Positions 18,418-27,172 of a DNA stretch of 42,490 nt are shown here, one piece after another. Below the pieces are notes generated by a model that saw only the letters and a list, made by a program, of their open reading frames with translations, did no database searches and was not told the DNA's origin. Where the stretch lies: positions 1 to 42,490 of IMG/VR virus record IMGVR_UViG_3300046788_000036; one strand, 5' to 3'. The position numbers and the translations under genes are program-made. This DNA comes from a virus. Taxonomy: Duplodnaviria > Caudoviricetes. Numbering within the stretch: the stretch's first letter is position 1; every line of letters starts with the position of its first letter.

Positions 18418-19398
18418 TCACTCGAAGACCCCCTGTTGCAGGAAGATATTGGCGGCGTCATCGACGCTGCCGGTTTGGGCGAGACGCTGTTTCAAGCGGG
18501 TGACTTCGGCGGGACGACCGGGCGTGGCTGATCCTGCACCAGGAGAAGCCGAACGTGGACCACGACCTGCGACCGGGCGGGGCATCTGGGTCTTGGCAAG
18601 CCTGTCGAACTGCATCGCCTTGTAGAGGGCGAGTACGGCTCGACTGTCCTTTGCGTTGTCCAGTTCCTCGTCGGTCCAGCCTTCGCCTTTCGCATAGTCG
18701 CGAAGGTCGGAGATGGCTGCCTTGGCCTTGGTCTTGTCCTTCCATGCCGGGATCTTGTCGAGGACCTTGCGGTTTTCCTCTTCAACATACCGTTGCGTGG
18801 CTTCGTCCTGTTGCTGCTTCTGAAGGCCTGCGATGCGGGCCTGCTCTGCCTTGACGGCGTTGAGCCGGTCCTGCTTCAGTTGCCAGGCCTGACGTTCAAC
18901 CACGAACTTGAACTCGTCCTCGGCGCGCAGTTTTTCCCAGTCGGGTTCCGCTTCTCCGCTTCCAAGCTGAGAGGCGAGTTTGCCCAGTACCTCGGCGTAT
19001 TGCGCGCGTTCCTGTTTCACCGCAGCCGCTTCGGCCTCAAGGGCCTTGCGCTCTGCTGCCATTGACTGGCTACGCTGACTGATCCACTTCTGGCCGGAGT
19101 AGCCGCGTTGAAGCTCCTCAAGAGTGACCTGCTGTTCCTTGCCGTCAACCTTGACGGTGTAGAGCGGTTCCTGGGTTTGCTCCTCCTCGGGTTCTGCCTC
19201 CTGCTCAGTCTCCGCTTCCTCGCCCTCGGCGGGTTCTTCAACCTTGGCCGGCGTCTCGGGCGGTTCGGCGGTCTCTTCCGCTTGCGCGGCCTCTTCCTTC
19301 TCGGGCTCGTCGTTACCCAGATTTTCATCACGGGCGAGCAAGCCTTCGAGGGCACTGCTGGCGTCTGCCAAACTCATGTCTGTGTTCGGGTCGGCCAT
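18418..19398 (-). CDS. Capsid scaffolding protein
   Basis: Acidic N-terminus, YTVKVDGKEQQVTLEELQRGY, coiled coil, and C-terminal RLAQTGSVDDAA directly before the capsid gene. Confidence 0.85.
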   Translation of the reverse strand: MADPNTDMSLADASSALEGLLARDENLGNDEPEKEEAAQAEETAEPPETPAKVEEPAEGEEAETEQEAEPEEEQTQEPLYTVKVDGKEQQVTLEELQRGYSGQKWISQRSQSMAAERKALEAEAAAVKQERAQYAEVLGKLASQLGSGEAEPDWEKLRAEDEFKFVVERQAWQLKQDRLNAVKAEQARIAGLQKQQQDEATQRYVEEENRKVLDKIPAWKDKTKAKAAISDLRDYAKGEGWTDEELDNAKDSRAVLALYKAMQFDRLAKTQMPRPVAGRGPRSASPGAGSATPGRPAEVTRLKQRLAQTGSVDDAANIFLQQGVFE

Positions 19399-19646
19399 CA
19401 GATTCTCCTTACGGCCCGCTGGCTCTGCCAGGCGCGGACCTTTTCTTCATCGGTGAGCGAAGTGATCTTCACGTTGACGAGGCGAATGGCGGTCAGAAGA
19501 TGCCAGCAGCGTTCGCGTTCATCGGTCTGGGGAGCGATCTTCCATTGCTCGATCACATCTTCTTCCAGACGCCGCAGCACTTCGGCCAGCGTGCCGTTGG
19601 TCGCCAGCGCCTTTACATTGGAGATGAACTCGATGTCTTCGGTCAT
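19398..19646 (-). CDS. Small hypothetical protein between portal and scaffold
   Basis: Helical protein with a W...ERE motif; overlapping start/stop with both neighbours. Confidence 0.7.
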   Translation of the reverse strand: MTEDIEFISNVKALATNGTLAEVLRRLEEDVIEQWKIAPQTDERERCWHLLTAIRLVNVKITSLTDEEKVRAWQSQRAVRRI

Positions 19647-21982
19647 TGCACGGTCTCGGGCTGGGCCTGTGCGGCAAGGCGGGCGGACTCAACCTGGGCC
19701 TGCGCATCCATGGCGTTACCGTGATGATCGACGGCGGACTGCATCAGATTAGCGTGGTGATCGACCATGCCCTGCATCTGCGCAGTAGTGATAGCCTCGT
19801 CGCGGCTAATGAAGGCTTCCAACTGCGCTTCATTGAAAGAGCCGGTGGCGGCGATCTGCGCGACCGCCAGTTTGCTCGCATAATCGAGGCGCATCTTCAT
19901 GGCGGCCTGCTGATGATCAAGCATCATCTGCTGATTCTTCTGCTGGGCTTCGGCCTGGTTCTTCTGGGCCTGCACCTGAACCTTCTGCTGCTCGATCTGG
20001 GCCAGCATCATGGTCGGGTCCTGCTTCTGCGGCTGCTGCTGGGCGTGCTGCTGCAACTGCTGTGGCGTCACATCGCCGAAGAACTTGGTTTCGTCCTTGA
20101 AGCCCGCCAGATGGCACATCTCGGCAAGGGTCTCTCGGTACTTGTCCACGGGAGCGAGAGGATTATCCGGCCCCAGAAGCTGGATGATCTGTTCCTGCTT
20201 GCCGGCGACCTGAGCAAGGAAGGCGAGGCTCTGCTGGTCGGTGCCACGTCCGAGGGCGACGTTGGGCACGCAATCGAGGTCGGAGTCCCAGAAACGCGGG
20301 TCCATCTCGACGAACTTGTCCCTGAGCCGGATCATGCGCGGCTTGTCCTGATGCCTCACCACCATGCGGTAGATGCCCTTCATCAGGCGTTTCATGCCGT
20401 TGTCGGCGAACAGTCTGGCAATCATCTCCTTGCGGGCCTGTCCGGCCTGCACGGCGGCATTCACCGCGGTCGGCGTCGTACTTTGCAGCGCGTCGGCGTC
20501 GAGGCCGTTGGCGCCGGCATTGATGCCCGTCCGGTTCTCTTTCACCTGGTCGAGGTACTGGATGACCGGGAGGGCATATTGACCCTGGAACGGCGTGTCG
20601 AGGCTCTGCACCATGCCGGGCTGTCTTGCCCTGATGATGTTGCCGATCTCGTTGTTCATCACGTCGTCGAGGTTGACCTGCCCCTCGACAACGACCGTTC
20701 TCGGGTTGATGGACTGCTTGAGGCTGTCAAGAGTGTCACGAACGACTGCCGACTTGATGAGCTGCAAATCCATCGTCTGGTCGGCCACCGACTGACCGAT
20801 CAGCAGGTGGGGAGTCGGATCGGGGCAGAAGACGGCAAAGGGAACCTCGTCGGCTACTTCGTCGAAGAGGATGTGCGGGCCGATGGAGCAGACCTTGCGG
20901 AGTTCAGCAATTCCGTCGCCGTCGCGGTCGATACGTATCCATGACTCGACGTATACGAAACGCTTGAGCGCGCTGTTCGGACCGGTATCACGCGAGAAGA
21001 TGTTGATAGCAGGGTTGCGCGTAATTGCCTCAAGGTTGGTGAGGTAGTAGCTGTCGTCGGAGTTGCTGATGTTCTCGACTTCATCGGCGTCATACCCCAT
21101 GTCGATCAGTTGGGAGACCGTTTTCAGGCTGCGATGACCGATATAGCGGCTGGTATCGAGGTCGCGCGTCTCGCGGTCGATCAGGAATTCCTCGGGAGGA
21201 ATGCACTCAAGAACGACACGCTGCTTCTTGCGCTTCCTTCGTATCCGCACGTCGTAGACGACCTCGGCGGGCACGATGACGTTGCCGTTCATCGATACAG
21301 CCTCGGTTTTCGTTACCGGTTCGGCCTCGATGATTTCGAGGTCTTCTTCCCTTTGCAGCAGGAGAAGCTGGTCGTGGCTGATGCCCGAGTAGTCCGCTTC
21401 AGTGACTTCGATGTCGTCTGACCAGTGCCACTTGATGACGCCGGTTTTCACCGTCAGCGCGTCCTTCAGGCAGTTGTGGAAGATCTCGAAGCCCGCGTTG
21501 TCGTTCCAGAAGATGTGATTCACATAATCGGTCGCCTGACCGGCCTGTTCCACCGTCTTTGAGTTCGAGGGAATGAACTGCACGATGGTCGTGGTCTGGG
21601 TGAAGATCCGGAGAAGATCGGGGATGATGGCCAGCACGGTATCGCGCACTTCGGTCATCACCACTTCGGAACGGCCTTCCTGCTCGTTGCCGAACAGTCT
21701 TCCAAGGTAGTAGGCCTGCGCCAGCGCACGGTCGGGAGCGATGTAGCCGTCGATGAACAGCATGGCATCGCTGATCGTGCCATGGACCTGCAGGCCGAAC
21801 TCGTAGTCGTCCATCAGGTGACGAGGACCCTTGGGAGCACTGTTTAGGACGCCGACACCCTTGGGCTTTCCTCCCGCACCGGAGTTGTCCTTGCCGGGGT
21901 CGCCCGGAAGCTCAAGGTTCTCGGCAGGCCGCATGTGGTAGCGGCCGCCGCCCATGGCTTTGGGTGTGCCTATGTCCGCCAT
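19643..21982 (-). CDS. Portal protein
   Basis: 779 aa; EGRSEVV, QATDYVNHIF, KDALTVKTGVIK, IPPEEFLID, and a Gln-rich barrel-like C-terminus. Confidence 0.9.
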   Translation of the reverse strand: MADIGTPKAMGGGRYHMRPAENLELPGDPGKDNSGAGGKPKGVGVLNSAPKGPRHLMDDYEFGLQVHGTISDAMLFIDGYIAPDRALAQAYYLGRLFGNEQEGRSEVVMTEVRDTVLAIIPDLLRIFTQTTTIVQFIPSNSKTVEQAGQATDYVNHIFWNDNAGFEIFHNCLKDALTVKTGVIKWHWSDDIEVTEADYSGISHDQLLLLQREEDLEIIEAEPVTKTEAVSMNGNVIVPAEVVYDVRIRRKRKKQRVVLECIPPEEFLIDRETRDLDTSRYIGHRSLKTVSQLIDMGYDADEVENISNSDDSYYLTNLEAITRNPAINIFSRDTGPNSALKRFVYVESWIRIDRDGDGIAELRKVCSIGPHILFDEVADEVPFAVFCPDPTPHLLIGQSVADQTMDLQLIKSAVVRDTLDSLKQSINPRTVVVEGQVNLDDVMNNEIGNIIRARQPGMVQSLDTPFQGQYALPVIQYLDQVKENRTGINAGANGLDADALQSTTPTAVNAAVQAGQARKEMIARLFADNGMKRLMKGIYRMVVRHQDKPRMIRLRDKFVEMDPRFWDSDLDCVPNVALGRGTDQQSLAFLAQVAGKQEQIIQLLGPDNPLAPVDKYRETLAEMCHLAGFKDETKFFGDVTPQQLQQHAQQQPQKQDPTMMLAQIEQQKVQVQAQKNQAEAQQKNQQMMLDHQQAAMKMRLDYASKLAVAQIAATGSFNEAQLEAFISRDEAITTAQMQGMVDHHANLMQSAVDHHGNAMDAQAQVESARLAAQAQPETVQ

Positions 21983-22131
21983 GGTTGCTCTTTCATTGTC
22001 CGGCTACGCTGGTCGATCTCGTCCCATTTGACGCGCCATTCCTGCCGGACCTCGGCCACCGCCGCGAGCAGGGCTTTCATCTCCTGCCGCTTGAGATGAC
22101 GCTTCCAGGCAAGGATGTGGCTGTCGAACAC
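21970..22131 (-). CDS. Small basic hypothetical protein
   Basis: 3' part of track ORF 21970..22311; GTG overlaps the upstream TAG. Start uncertain. Confidence 0.45.
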   Translation of the reverse strand: MFDSHILAWKRHLKRQEMKALLAAVAEVRQEWRVKWDEIDQRSRTMKEQPWRT

Positions 22132-22433
22132 TAGCTGAACACTTCGACGACGGTGGCGGTGCAGATCGCGGTGGCGACACCGTAGAGGGCACCCTGATAG
22201 ATGCCGGCCTGGCTGGGGTCTCCCGAACCCCACTGGTCGAAGGGCTGGTTGAGGACGACGGGAAAACCTCGTCCTGCTCCTGTCGTGGTCACGCCGGGGC
22301 CGCCGACCCACAGGGTTCCGGCGACCGGGAGGGCGACCATGCGGCGGGAAGCGCCGGCATTGGCGGCGAGCAGGAGCTGGGCAACCGCCGTGGCGGTCAC
22401 GATGCCCTGCGTGGTGGTCATCTGGTTGGCCAT
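22131..22433 (-). CDS. Hypothetical beta-rich protein, possible capsid decoration (MANQMTTTQG...)
   Basis: 3' 100 aa of track ORF 22131..22817; TGATG overlap at 22433. Confidence 0.65.
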   Translation of the reverse strand: MANQMTTTQGIVTATAVAQLLLAANAGASRRMVALPVAGTLWVGGPGVTTTGAGRGFPVVLNQPFDQWGSGDPSQAGIYQGALYGVATAICTATVVEVFS

Positions 22434-22720
22434 CAGATGATCTTCCTGCGCTTCATGCCCGAGGCCATTCCCGCTTTCACGGTGGCGGCGTGCTGGGCAG
22501 GAGACTGCACTGCGGTCGTCACCTTGTCGCCGAGGGCGCCCGCCATCGGAGCGCCGAAGCCGGGGCCGTTGCCCTTGGTCGAGCCCATATCGGTGGGGTT
22601 GCCTCGGGGCATGAGGGTCTTGTGATGCAGCATGGCGGCGGGGCCGTGCATGTTGCCGACGCTGTTGGGCTGCTTCTCGAACGCCGATTCGAGGCCCTTG
22701 AACTTGCTTACCCAAGCCAT
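22433..22720 (-). CDS. Small basic low-complexity protein
   Basis: Track ORF, RBS GAGG upstream, KRRKII end. Confidence 0.6.
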   Translation of the reverse strand: MAWVSKFKGLESAFEKQPNSVGNMHGPAAMLHHKTLMPRGNPTDMGSTKGNGPGFGAPMAGALGDKVTTAVQSPAQHAATVKAGMASGMKRRKII

Positions 22721-22878
22721 GATTTCTGTTTCCTCTTCTTCGACAGGATGCCGGTACCGGCGTCCGCCTGATTGAACTCCTTGGCCACCTTCTGCGGCAC
22801 GCCGACCTTCTTGGCAAACTGCGGATTATGTGCCGCCGCTGCCATCAGCCTTGCCTGTTTGGGCGACTTGCTGGGCAT
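22708..22878 (-). CDS. Small basic protein (MPSKSPKQARLMAAAAHNPQFAKKVGVPQKVAKEFNQADAGTGILSKKRKQKSWLG)
   Basis: Translated by hand (56 aa); recognisable small phage protein type; TGATG overlap. Confidence 0.8.
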   Translation of the reverse strand: MPSKSPKQARLMAAAAHNPQFAKKVGVPQKVAKEFNQADAGTGILSKKRKQKSWLG

Positions 22879-23090
22879 CAGCCGAGCCAGCTCTTCTTGC
22901 CGTCGCTCTTGCCCATGTTCGGGTACTTGCGATGAACGGCGGCGCGGACGCGACCCTCGACGGCCTTGCCCGATGCTCTCGCAAGGGCGTTGCGGGCATG
23001 GGAGGCGTCCTCGATCGGATACGAGCGATCAGGCCCAGCGAAGTTCTTGCCCGAGATCTTCTTGCGCGCCGCTGTCGTGAGCTTAGCCAC
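22878..23090 (-). CDS. Small basic protein, DUF6582-like (RSYPIEDASHARNALAR)
   Basis: GTG start after GGAGG; 70 aa ending KKSWLG. Confidence 0.75.
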   Translation of the reverse strand: MAKLTTAARKKISGKNFAGPDRSYPIEDASHARNALARASGKAVEGRVRAAVHRKYPNMGKSDGKKSWLG

Positions 23091-23277
23091 GGAAGTCCTC
23101 CTCCGAATAGGTTCCGGCATCCCATTTGGCACCGAGTTGCTGGGACTGGCTGTAATCCATCGGAGGCGCGGCCATCTGCGCCGTGGTCCGATACATCGCC
23201 AGTTCGCGCTCAAGGGCCTCGACGCGGGCCTTGAGGTCGGCCACGAGGTCGGAGAGGTGGATGACTTCTTCCATCAT
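23083..23277 (-). CDS. Hypothetical coiled-coil protein
   Basis: Track ORF, overlaps both neighbours. Confidence 0.6.
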   Translation of the reverse strand: MMEEVIHLSDLVADLKARVEALERELAMYRTTAQMAAPPMDYSQSQQLGAKWDAGTYSEEDFRG

Positions 23278-23447
23278 CCCGGCTTTCCGGTGCCGCCCTT
23301 CTTGGGCATCGCCATCTTGCCGCCCTTCGGTCCCTTGGCCTGCACGTTGTTCGGTTGCGGGGTCATCACGCGGCGGGTCTCGCCGGAGCGGCCGCCGGTC
23401 ATGCCAGATGTGTTCATCTTCTCGCTGCTGATGTTTTTGGCAGACAA
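23274..23447 (-). CDS. Small K/G/M-rich basic protein (57 aa)
   Basis: Translated by hand: AGGAG then TTG start, ...QAKGPKGGKMAMPKKGGTGKPG. Confidence 0.6.
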   Translation of the reverse strand: MSAKNISSEKMNTSGMTGGRSGETRRVMTPQPNNVQAKGPKGGKMAMPKKGGTGKPG

Positions 23448-23448
23448 T

Positions 23449-23895
23449 TTAATCTCCTATGTGAGTCCAACTTGCCTTGCGGATAATCCGGCTGGCATTT
23501 GCTTGGGTGATGCCGAAGAGCTTGCTGATCTTCTCGTGGCTCAATCTGCCTTCGGCGGCCAGTTTGCGCATCGCAATCACATCGGCGGCCGTCAGCTTCT
23601 GCGCTGCCCTGCCTTTGCGCGCCTTATCCCGGTGATTGTCGAGATCGGTTCCAAGGAATAGATGCTGCGGATTCACACAACTCGGAACATCGCATTTGTG
23701 GCAAACATGATGTCCCGCTGGAATCAGTCCGAAATGATGTTCCCAACTCAGACGATGCGTTCCAAGCATTCGCCGAACACCATTTCGTGCGCGTATGCGG
23801 CCATAACCTTCGGCACTAGCCGCGCCCATCCAGAGCCAACAACCAGAGTTAGGTTCTGGGCTGACCCTCTCCATCATGTGCTCATAGACAGTCAT
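23449..23895 (-). CDS. HNH homing endonuclease, paralog of 16880..17338
   Basis: VSPEPNSGCWLWMG...HKCDVPSCVNPQHLFLGT..DN; ATGA overlap with the terL stop. Confidence 0.9.
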   Translation of the reverse strand: MTVYEHMMERVSPEPNSGCWLWMGAASAEGYGRIRARNGVRRMLGTHRLSWEHHFGLIPAGHHVCHKCDVPSCVNPQHLFLGTDLDNHRDKARKGRAAQKLTAADVIAMRKLAAEGRLSHEKISKLFGITQANASRIIRKASWTHIGD

Positions 23896-25376
23896 ACAAT
23901 CCCCCGAAGGCCACGCTTCAAAGGAGTTCCCGGAATCCATGCCGGAGCACGGCCCCCAACAAGAGCGCCTTGGCCAGCGAACGTGAGTACCAAGGCGTCC
24001 GCCAAGTCTGGCGAGCGACGCAATCTGGATTTCATCGAATCTTTGCTTTCGATTTTATACTGACCTGTGGAATGGTAATCATAACAAGTACTTACCAGTT
24101 CCATACGCAGTTCATCGTCTTTCGGCAATCTACAGACGCGAGTATTCAACCAATCCCTGCACATAATCCAGAGTTCGTCTCGGAGCCGGTAGGCGCCGAG
24201 GTTCATCGAGGTCGTCTCGGAGACGTTGACATCGCGGACGTTGAACTTGAGTTCTCGCAAACGGTCAGCGACGCCCGAACCGAGCCCGATGGAGTCCACC
24301 ATAATCTCTGAAGGACGGTCGACGTTCGCTTCGGCGGCGACCCAGCCGGTGACTCCCATGAGATCAAGTCCGCGCTGCGACTTGACCTCCAGGACGACAT
24401 TTCCTTGTCGCTTGCAGATAGTTGAACGATCATCGCCAAAGCGCGCCACATCGACGCCATAGACGATGGGATCTCTTGGGTTGAGTACGACATCGCGGTT
24501 CATGGCTCCGTCTACGAGGTCTGCACTGATAAGCGTCCGGGCCTCGCTGACCGGGAACTCGCCGAGGACTTTCACCCGGTACTCGTTGGAGCCTTCTCCC
24601 CACCTGTGAAGCGTGTCGGCGATGAAGTCGTTGCTCACCAGGCGATTGCCCACGCAGGACTCGTGCATGGTCGTCCAGTTGGCCCGGAGACTGTTATGGG
24701 TGTCGAAGAAGAAGCCCGAGTTGCGGGTCGGGTTGCCAATGAGGATGGTGACGCAGTTGTGGCCGGACATCGAGCCAGCGGCGGCACTGTAGACTGCTTC
24801 CGGTATCCCAGAAGCCTCGTCGAAGATCAAAAGGACGAAGCCGTCTGAATGCACTCCCTGCATGGCCTCCGGTCGGTCCATAGAGGAGGTCTTCGCTGAC
24901 ACAAATGACTCTTCGATCTTCCGGTCCAGTTCCGCTTTCAGGACGATGCGATCGGTCAGGACAACGAACAGGACACGGCAGAACTCGGGGAGTCGGCTGA
25001 ACCACTTCTTGATCTCCGGGTAGAGCGCGTCGAATAACTGTCCTGCAGCAGGGGCGGTCACCACCGTCTTCTGGGGATACCTGACCGTCTGGTGCCATAC
25101 GACCAGCATCCCGCAGGCGGCGGTCTTGCCGACTCCGTGGCCCGTCCTGACACTGATCCTTCGCTTGCCTTCCGCCACCGAGCGCATGAACTCGCGCTGC
25201 CACGACAGCAACTCGACCTTCAGGACCTCCTCGGCGAAGGCCACCGGGTCGTGCCGGTACCTGTGAACAAACGCCGTGTACTGGTCGAACATGATCCGGG
25301 CCTGCTCCTGCGCCCTTAGCTGGGCAGGACGGAGCTTTGTTTCACGGGAAACATTTGGGGTGATCGCGTCAGGCAT
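23892..25376 (-). CDS. terL: Terminase large subunit
   Basis: Walker A (TGHGVGKT), Walker B (LLIFDEASG), coupling motif GNP, RNase H-like GVDVARFGDD and SPDLADAL. Confidence 0.95.
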   Translation of the reverse strand: MPDAITPNVSRETKLRPAQLRAQEQARIMFDQYTAFVHRYRHDPVAFAEEVLKVELLSWQREFMRSVAEGKRRISVRTGHGVGKTAACGMLVVWHQTVRYPQKTVVTAPAAGQLFDALYPEIKKWFSRLPEFCRVLFVVLTDRIVLKAELDRKIEESFVSAKTSSMDRPEAMQGVHSDGFVLLIFDEASGIPEAVYSAAAGSMSGHNCVTILIGNPTRNSGFFFDTHNSLRANWTTMHESCVGNRLVSNDFIADTLHRWGEGSNEYRVKVLGEFPVSEARTLISADLVDGAMNRDVVLNPRDPIVYGVDVARFGDDRSTICKRQGNVVLEVKSQRGLDLMGVTGWVAAEANVDRPSEIMVDSIGLGSGVADRLRELKFNVRDVNVSETTSMNLGAYRLRDELWIMCRDWLNTRVCRLPKDDELRMELVSTCYDYHSTGQYKIESKDSMKSRLRRSPDLADALVLTFAGQGALVGGRAPAWIPGTPLKRGLRGIV

Positions 25377-25695
25377 TGCCCTTCGCTTCCAGCATGTCGA
25401 GAATTTCCGGGTACTTGCTCGCCAAAACCCGCATGTAATCCGACTTCTTCACCTCAACCAGCCGCGACAGATAGGTCGTCGCCTTCGCATACGCCTCGGC
25501 TCGCTCCATCGGAATGTCACTATGCCCGATGAACTGCGCCGCCACCGACAGACAGGCCATTAAGCCAATGTCGGGGTCATCGTCATGGTTCAACGCCTTC
25601 CACAGCAACTCCTTCATGTCCCGCACCCGCTTGTGCCGGGCATCAAGGTCATACTCAGCCCGCTTCTCCCGCGCCTCGCGAAGCCAGTTACGCAC
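25369..25695 (-). CDS. Hypothetical protein
   Basis: GTG start (VRNWL) inside track ORF 25369..25809; helical. Confidence 0.6.
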   Translation of the reverse strand: MRNWLREAREKRAEYDLDARHKRVRDMKELLWKALNHDDDPDIGLMACLSVAAQFIGHSDIPMERAEAYAKATTYLSRLVEVKKSDYMRVLASKYPEILDMLEAKGNA

Positions 25696-25876
25696 GAGCC
25701 CGCTTCCTCTCCCGGTACGCCTTCGCCCTCGCCGCCCCGTTCTCATACTTCGGCGGACGACCACCCTTTCGTGACGGCAGGGGTTTCGTGACAGGTTTCG
25801 TGACGGCACGCAGGCTTTCGGTAACAGCCGCCCGATCAGGCCGCTTCACGAAGTAGTCGTCGTACAACTTCCCCAC
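25688..25876 (-). CDS. Small basic protein (GGRPPKY...AARAKAYRERK)
   Basis: Track ORF; basic motif typical of small DNA-binding proteins. Confidence 0.6.
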   Translation of the reverse strand: MGKLYDDYFVKRPDRAAVTESLRAVTKPVTKPLPSRKGGRPPKYENGAARAKAYRERKRARA

Positions 25877-26067
25877 TAGACCGCTTCCACCGATGGCTCA
25901 GACACAGCTTCCGACGGCTTTTCCTCAACCGGATCAACAGCTTGAGGCGCAACCGGTGCCAAAGCCGCCCTCATCTCCGCCAGTGCCGCCTTCACCCTCA
26001 ACCAGTCATGATCCGCCACCCCACGGTCAATCCAGTCCAGGTGCTGCCTAACCTCTTGATCCGTCAT
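25876..26067 (-). CDS. Hypothetical protein
   Basis: Track ORF, first gene after the terS intergenic gap. Confidence 0.55.
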   Translation of the reverse strand: MTDQEVRQHLDWIDRGVADHDWLRVKAALAEMRAALAPVAPQAVDPVEEKPSEAVSEPSVEAV

Positions 26068-26195
26068 CCATTTTCCCCATTTTTCCTACAATTTTTCTAG
26101 CCGGTGGAATGCGGGGGTGCTGCATCGGCAGCCGCCCCCTCTGGTGGTCACCGCATCCGGGGGGCTCGATCGCTGCCCCTGCCCTGCTATGCGGC

Positions 26196-26208
26196 TAAGC
26201 CATTGATA
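26196..26208 (-). promoter_or_regulatory. IHF-binding consensus
   Basis: Minus strand TATCAATGGCTTA matches WATCAANNNNTTR exactly; 26 bp from the dif-like site. Confidence 0.55.
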
Positions 26209-26234
26209 TCGCTACGTTCTTCGTTCCTCGTTGG

Positions 26235-26262
26235 TTATCGCATAACGTACATTATGACAAAT
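26235..26262 (+). other. dif-like XerC/XerD recombination site
   Basis: TTATCGCATAA-CGTACA-TTATGACAAAT has 11-6-11 architecture and 20/28 identity to E. coli dif (GGTGCGCATAATGTATATTATGTTAAAT). Confidence 0.8.
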
Positions 26263-26776
26263 CATCATGAACGTCTGGGCAACCTGACTGCTCCTCGACG
26301 TCTGTGACACTGGATTGAGGAGACGCGCTTGCCTCTCTCTGCTCTGTTCTCTTCCCTTGCACTGCCTTGCCTACCTCTTCGGTGATGCGTTGGTCAGTGT
26401 ACTGCATTAGTGCGTCTAGGTGCTGTTGAGTTACGTCTGCGTTGAGGTTCAGGCTTCTCTCTACCAGGTAGCCTTGGGCCTTTAGAATCAGCTCTGTTGC
26501 CTTTATGGCTGGTCCGTATTGCTGGTCTACTGATGCTTGCTCTGCAATATGAGCGGCGTTGTTGATCAGCGTCTCTCTGCTGATGTCGAGGCGTTCCTGG
26601 AGGCGGCGGCGATGTGCAGCGATCTCCTTTGACACTTTAGCATTGCTTATCAGCCTTGACCCTTGGACGTGAGCACTTGGCTGGGCGTAACCGGCTTTGA
26701 TTGCAGCTTGAGTGCCGTTACCTGTCTTGACGTATTCACGGGCGAATTTGTCTTGTCTGATCGACAGGTCAGACAT
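26252..26776 (-). CDS. terS: Terminase small subunit
   Basis: QDKFAREYVKTGNGTQAAIKAGY...GSRLISN (Terminase_2-type HTH). Confidence 0.88.
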   Translation of the reverse strand: MSDLSIRQDKFAREYVKTGNGTQAAIKAGYAQPSAHVQGSRLISNAKVSKEIAAHRRRLQERLDISRETLINNAAHIAEQASVDQQYGPAIKATELILKAQGYLVERSLNLNADVTQQHLDALMQYTDQRITEEVGKAVQGKRTEQREASASPQSSVTDVEEQSGCPDVHDDLS

Positions 26777-27011
26777 TTGCGGCCTTCAGGGCTCGGGCTT
26801 CTTTGGTGCGGCCGTCGATCTTCTGCAGGGCAGGCGCAATGGCTTGGATGTCGGCGTCGCTAGGGATCTGCGGCTTGGCCAACTCGTCCCTTGCGGCCAG
26901 CAAGGTTGTGCGAACCTCAAGCCAGTTTCGATAGTCTGCCTGGAATTGGGCGTGTTCTACCGATTGGTCTGCAATGCGGATAGCTGCTGTTAGGCGATCG
27001 ATGATCGTCAA
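26769..27011 (-). CDS. Hypothetical protein (ends IDGRTKEARALK)
   Basis: GGAGG 9 nt before a TTG start. Confidence 0.65.
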   Translation of the reverse strand: MTIIDRLTAAIRIADQSVEHAQFQADYRNWLEVRTTLLAARDELAKPQIPSDADIQAIAPALQKIDGRTKEARALKAANV

Positions 27012-27061
27012 GGTTCATAACCTCCGGGGGATGGATGAACCGTATGAGAATGCGCGCGAGG

Positions 27062-27090
27062 ACAATGACGAGGTAATATCTAGGCGTCAA
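27062..27090 (-). promoter_or_regulatory. Putative sigma70-type promoter of the packaging/late operon
   Basis: Minus strand TTGACG-17 bp-CATTGT, followed by a GGTTCAT/ATGAACC hairpin (27012-27041) that covers the RBS. Confidence 0.5.
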
Positions 27091-27172
27091 GTGTCGCTGC
27101 CCATACCATCGATAGGCGTTGATACCGATCTGTGACTAAGATTGTTTGGTCAGCAAACAAAACCAGTCAGCA

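Noticed and set aside
17277-18503. 408-aa plus-strand ORF
   Set aside because: Antisense shadow of the major capsid gene.
19646-20944. 432-aa plus-strand ORF
   Set aside because: Antisense shadow of the portal gene, caused by high-GC codon bias; no RBS or family motif.
26177-26184. KOPS-like GGGCAGGG octamer near the dif-like site
   Set aside because: The few GGGNAGGG copies I spotted occur on both strands without consistent polarity toward the site.
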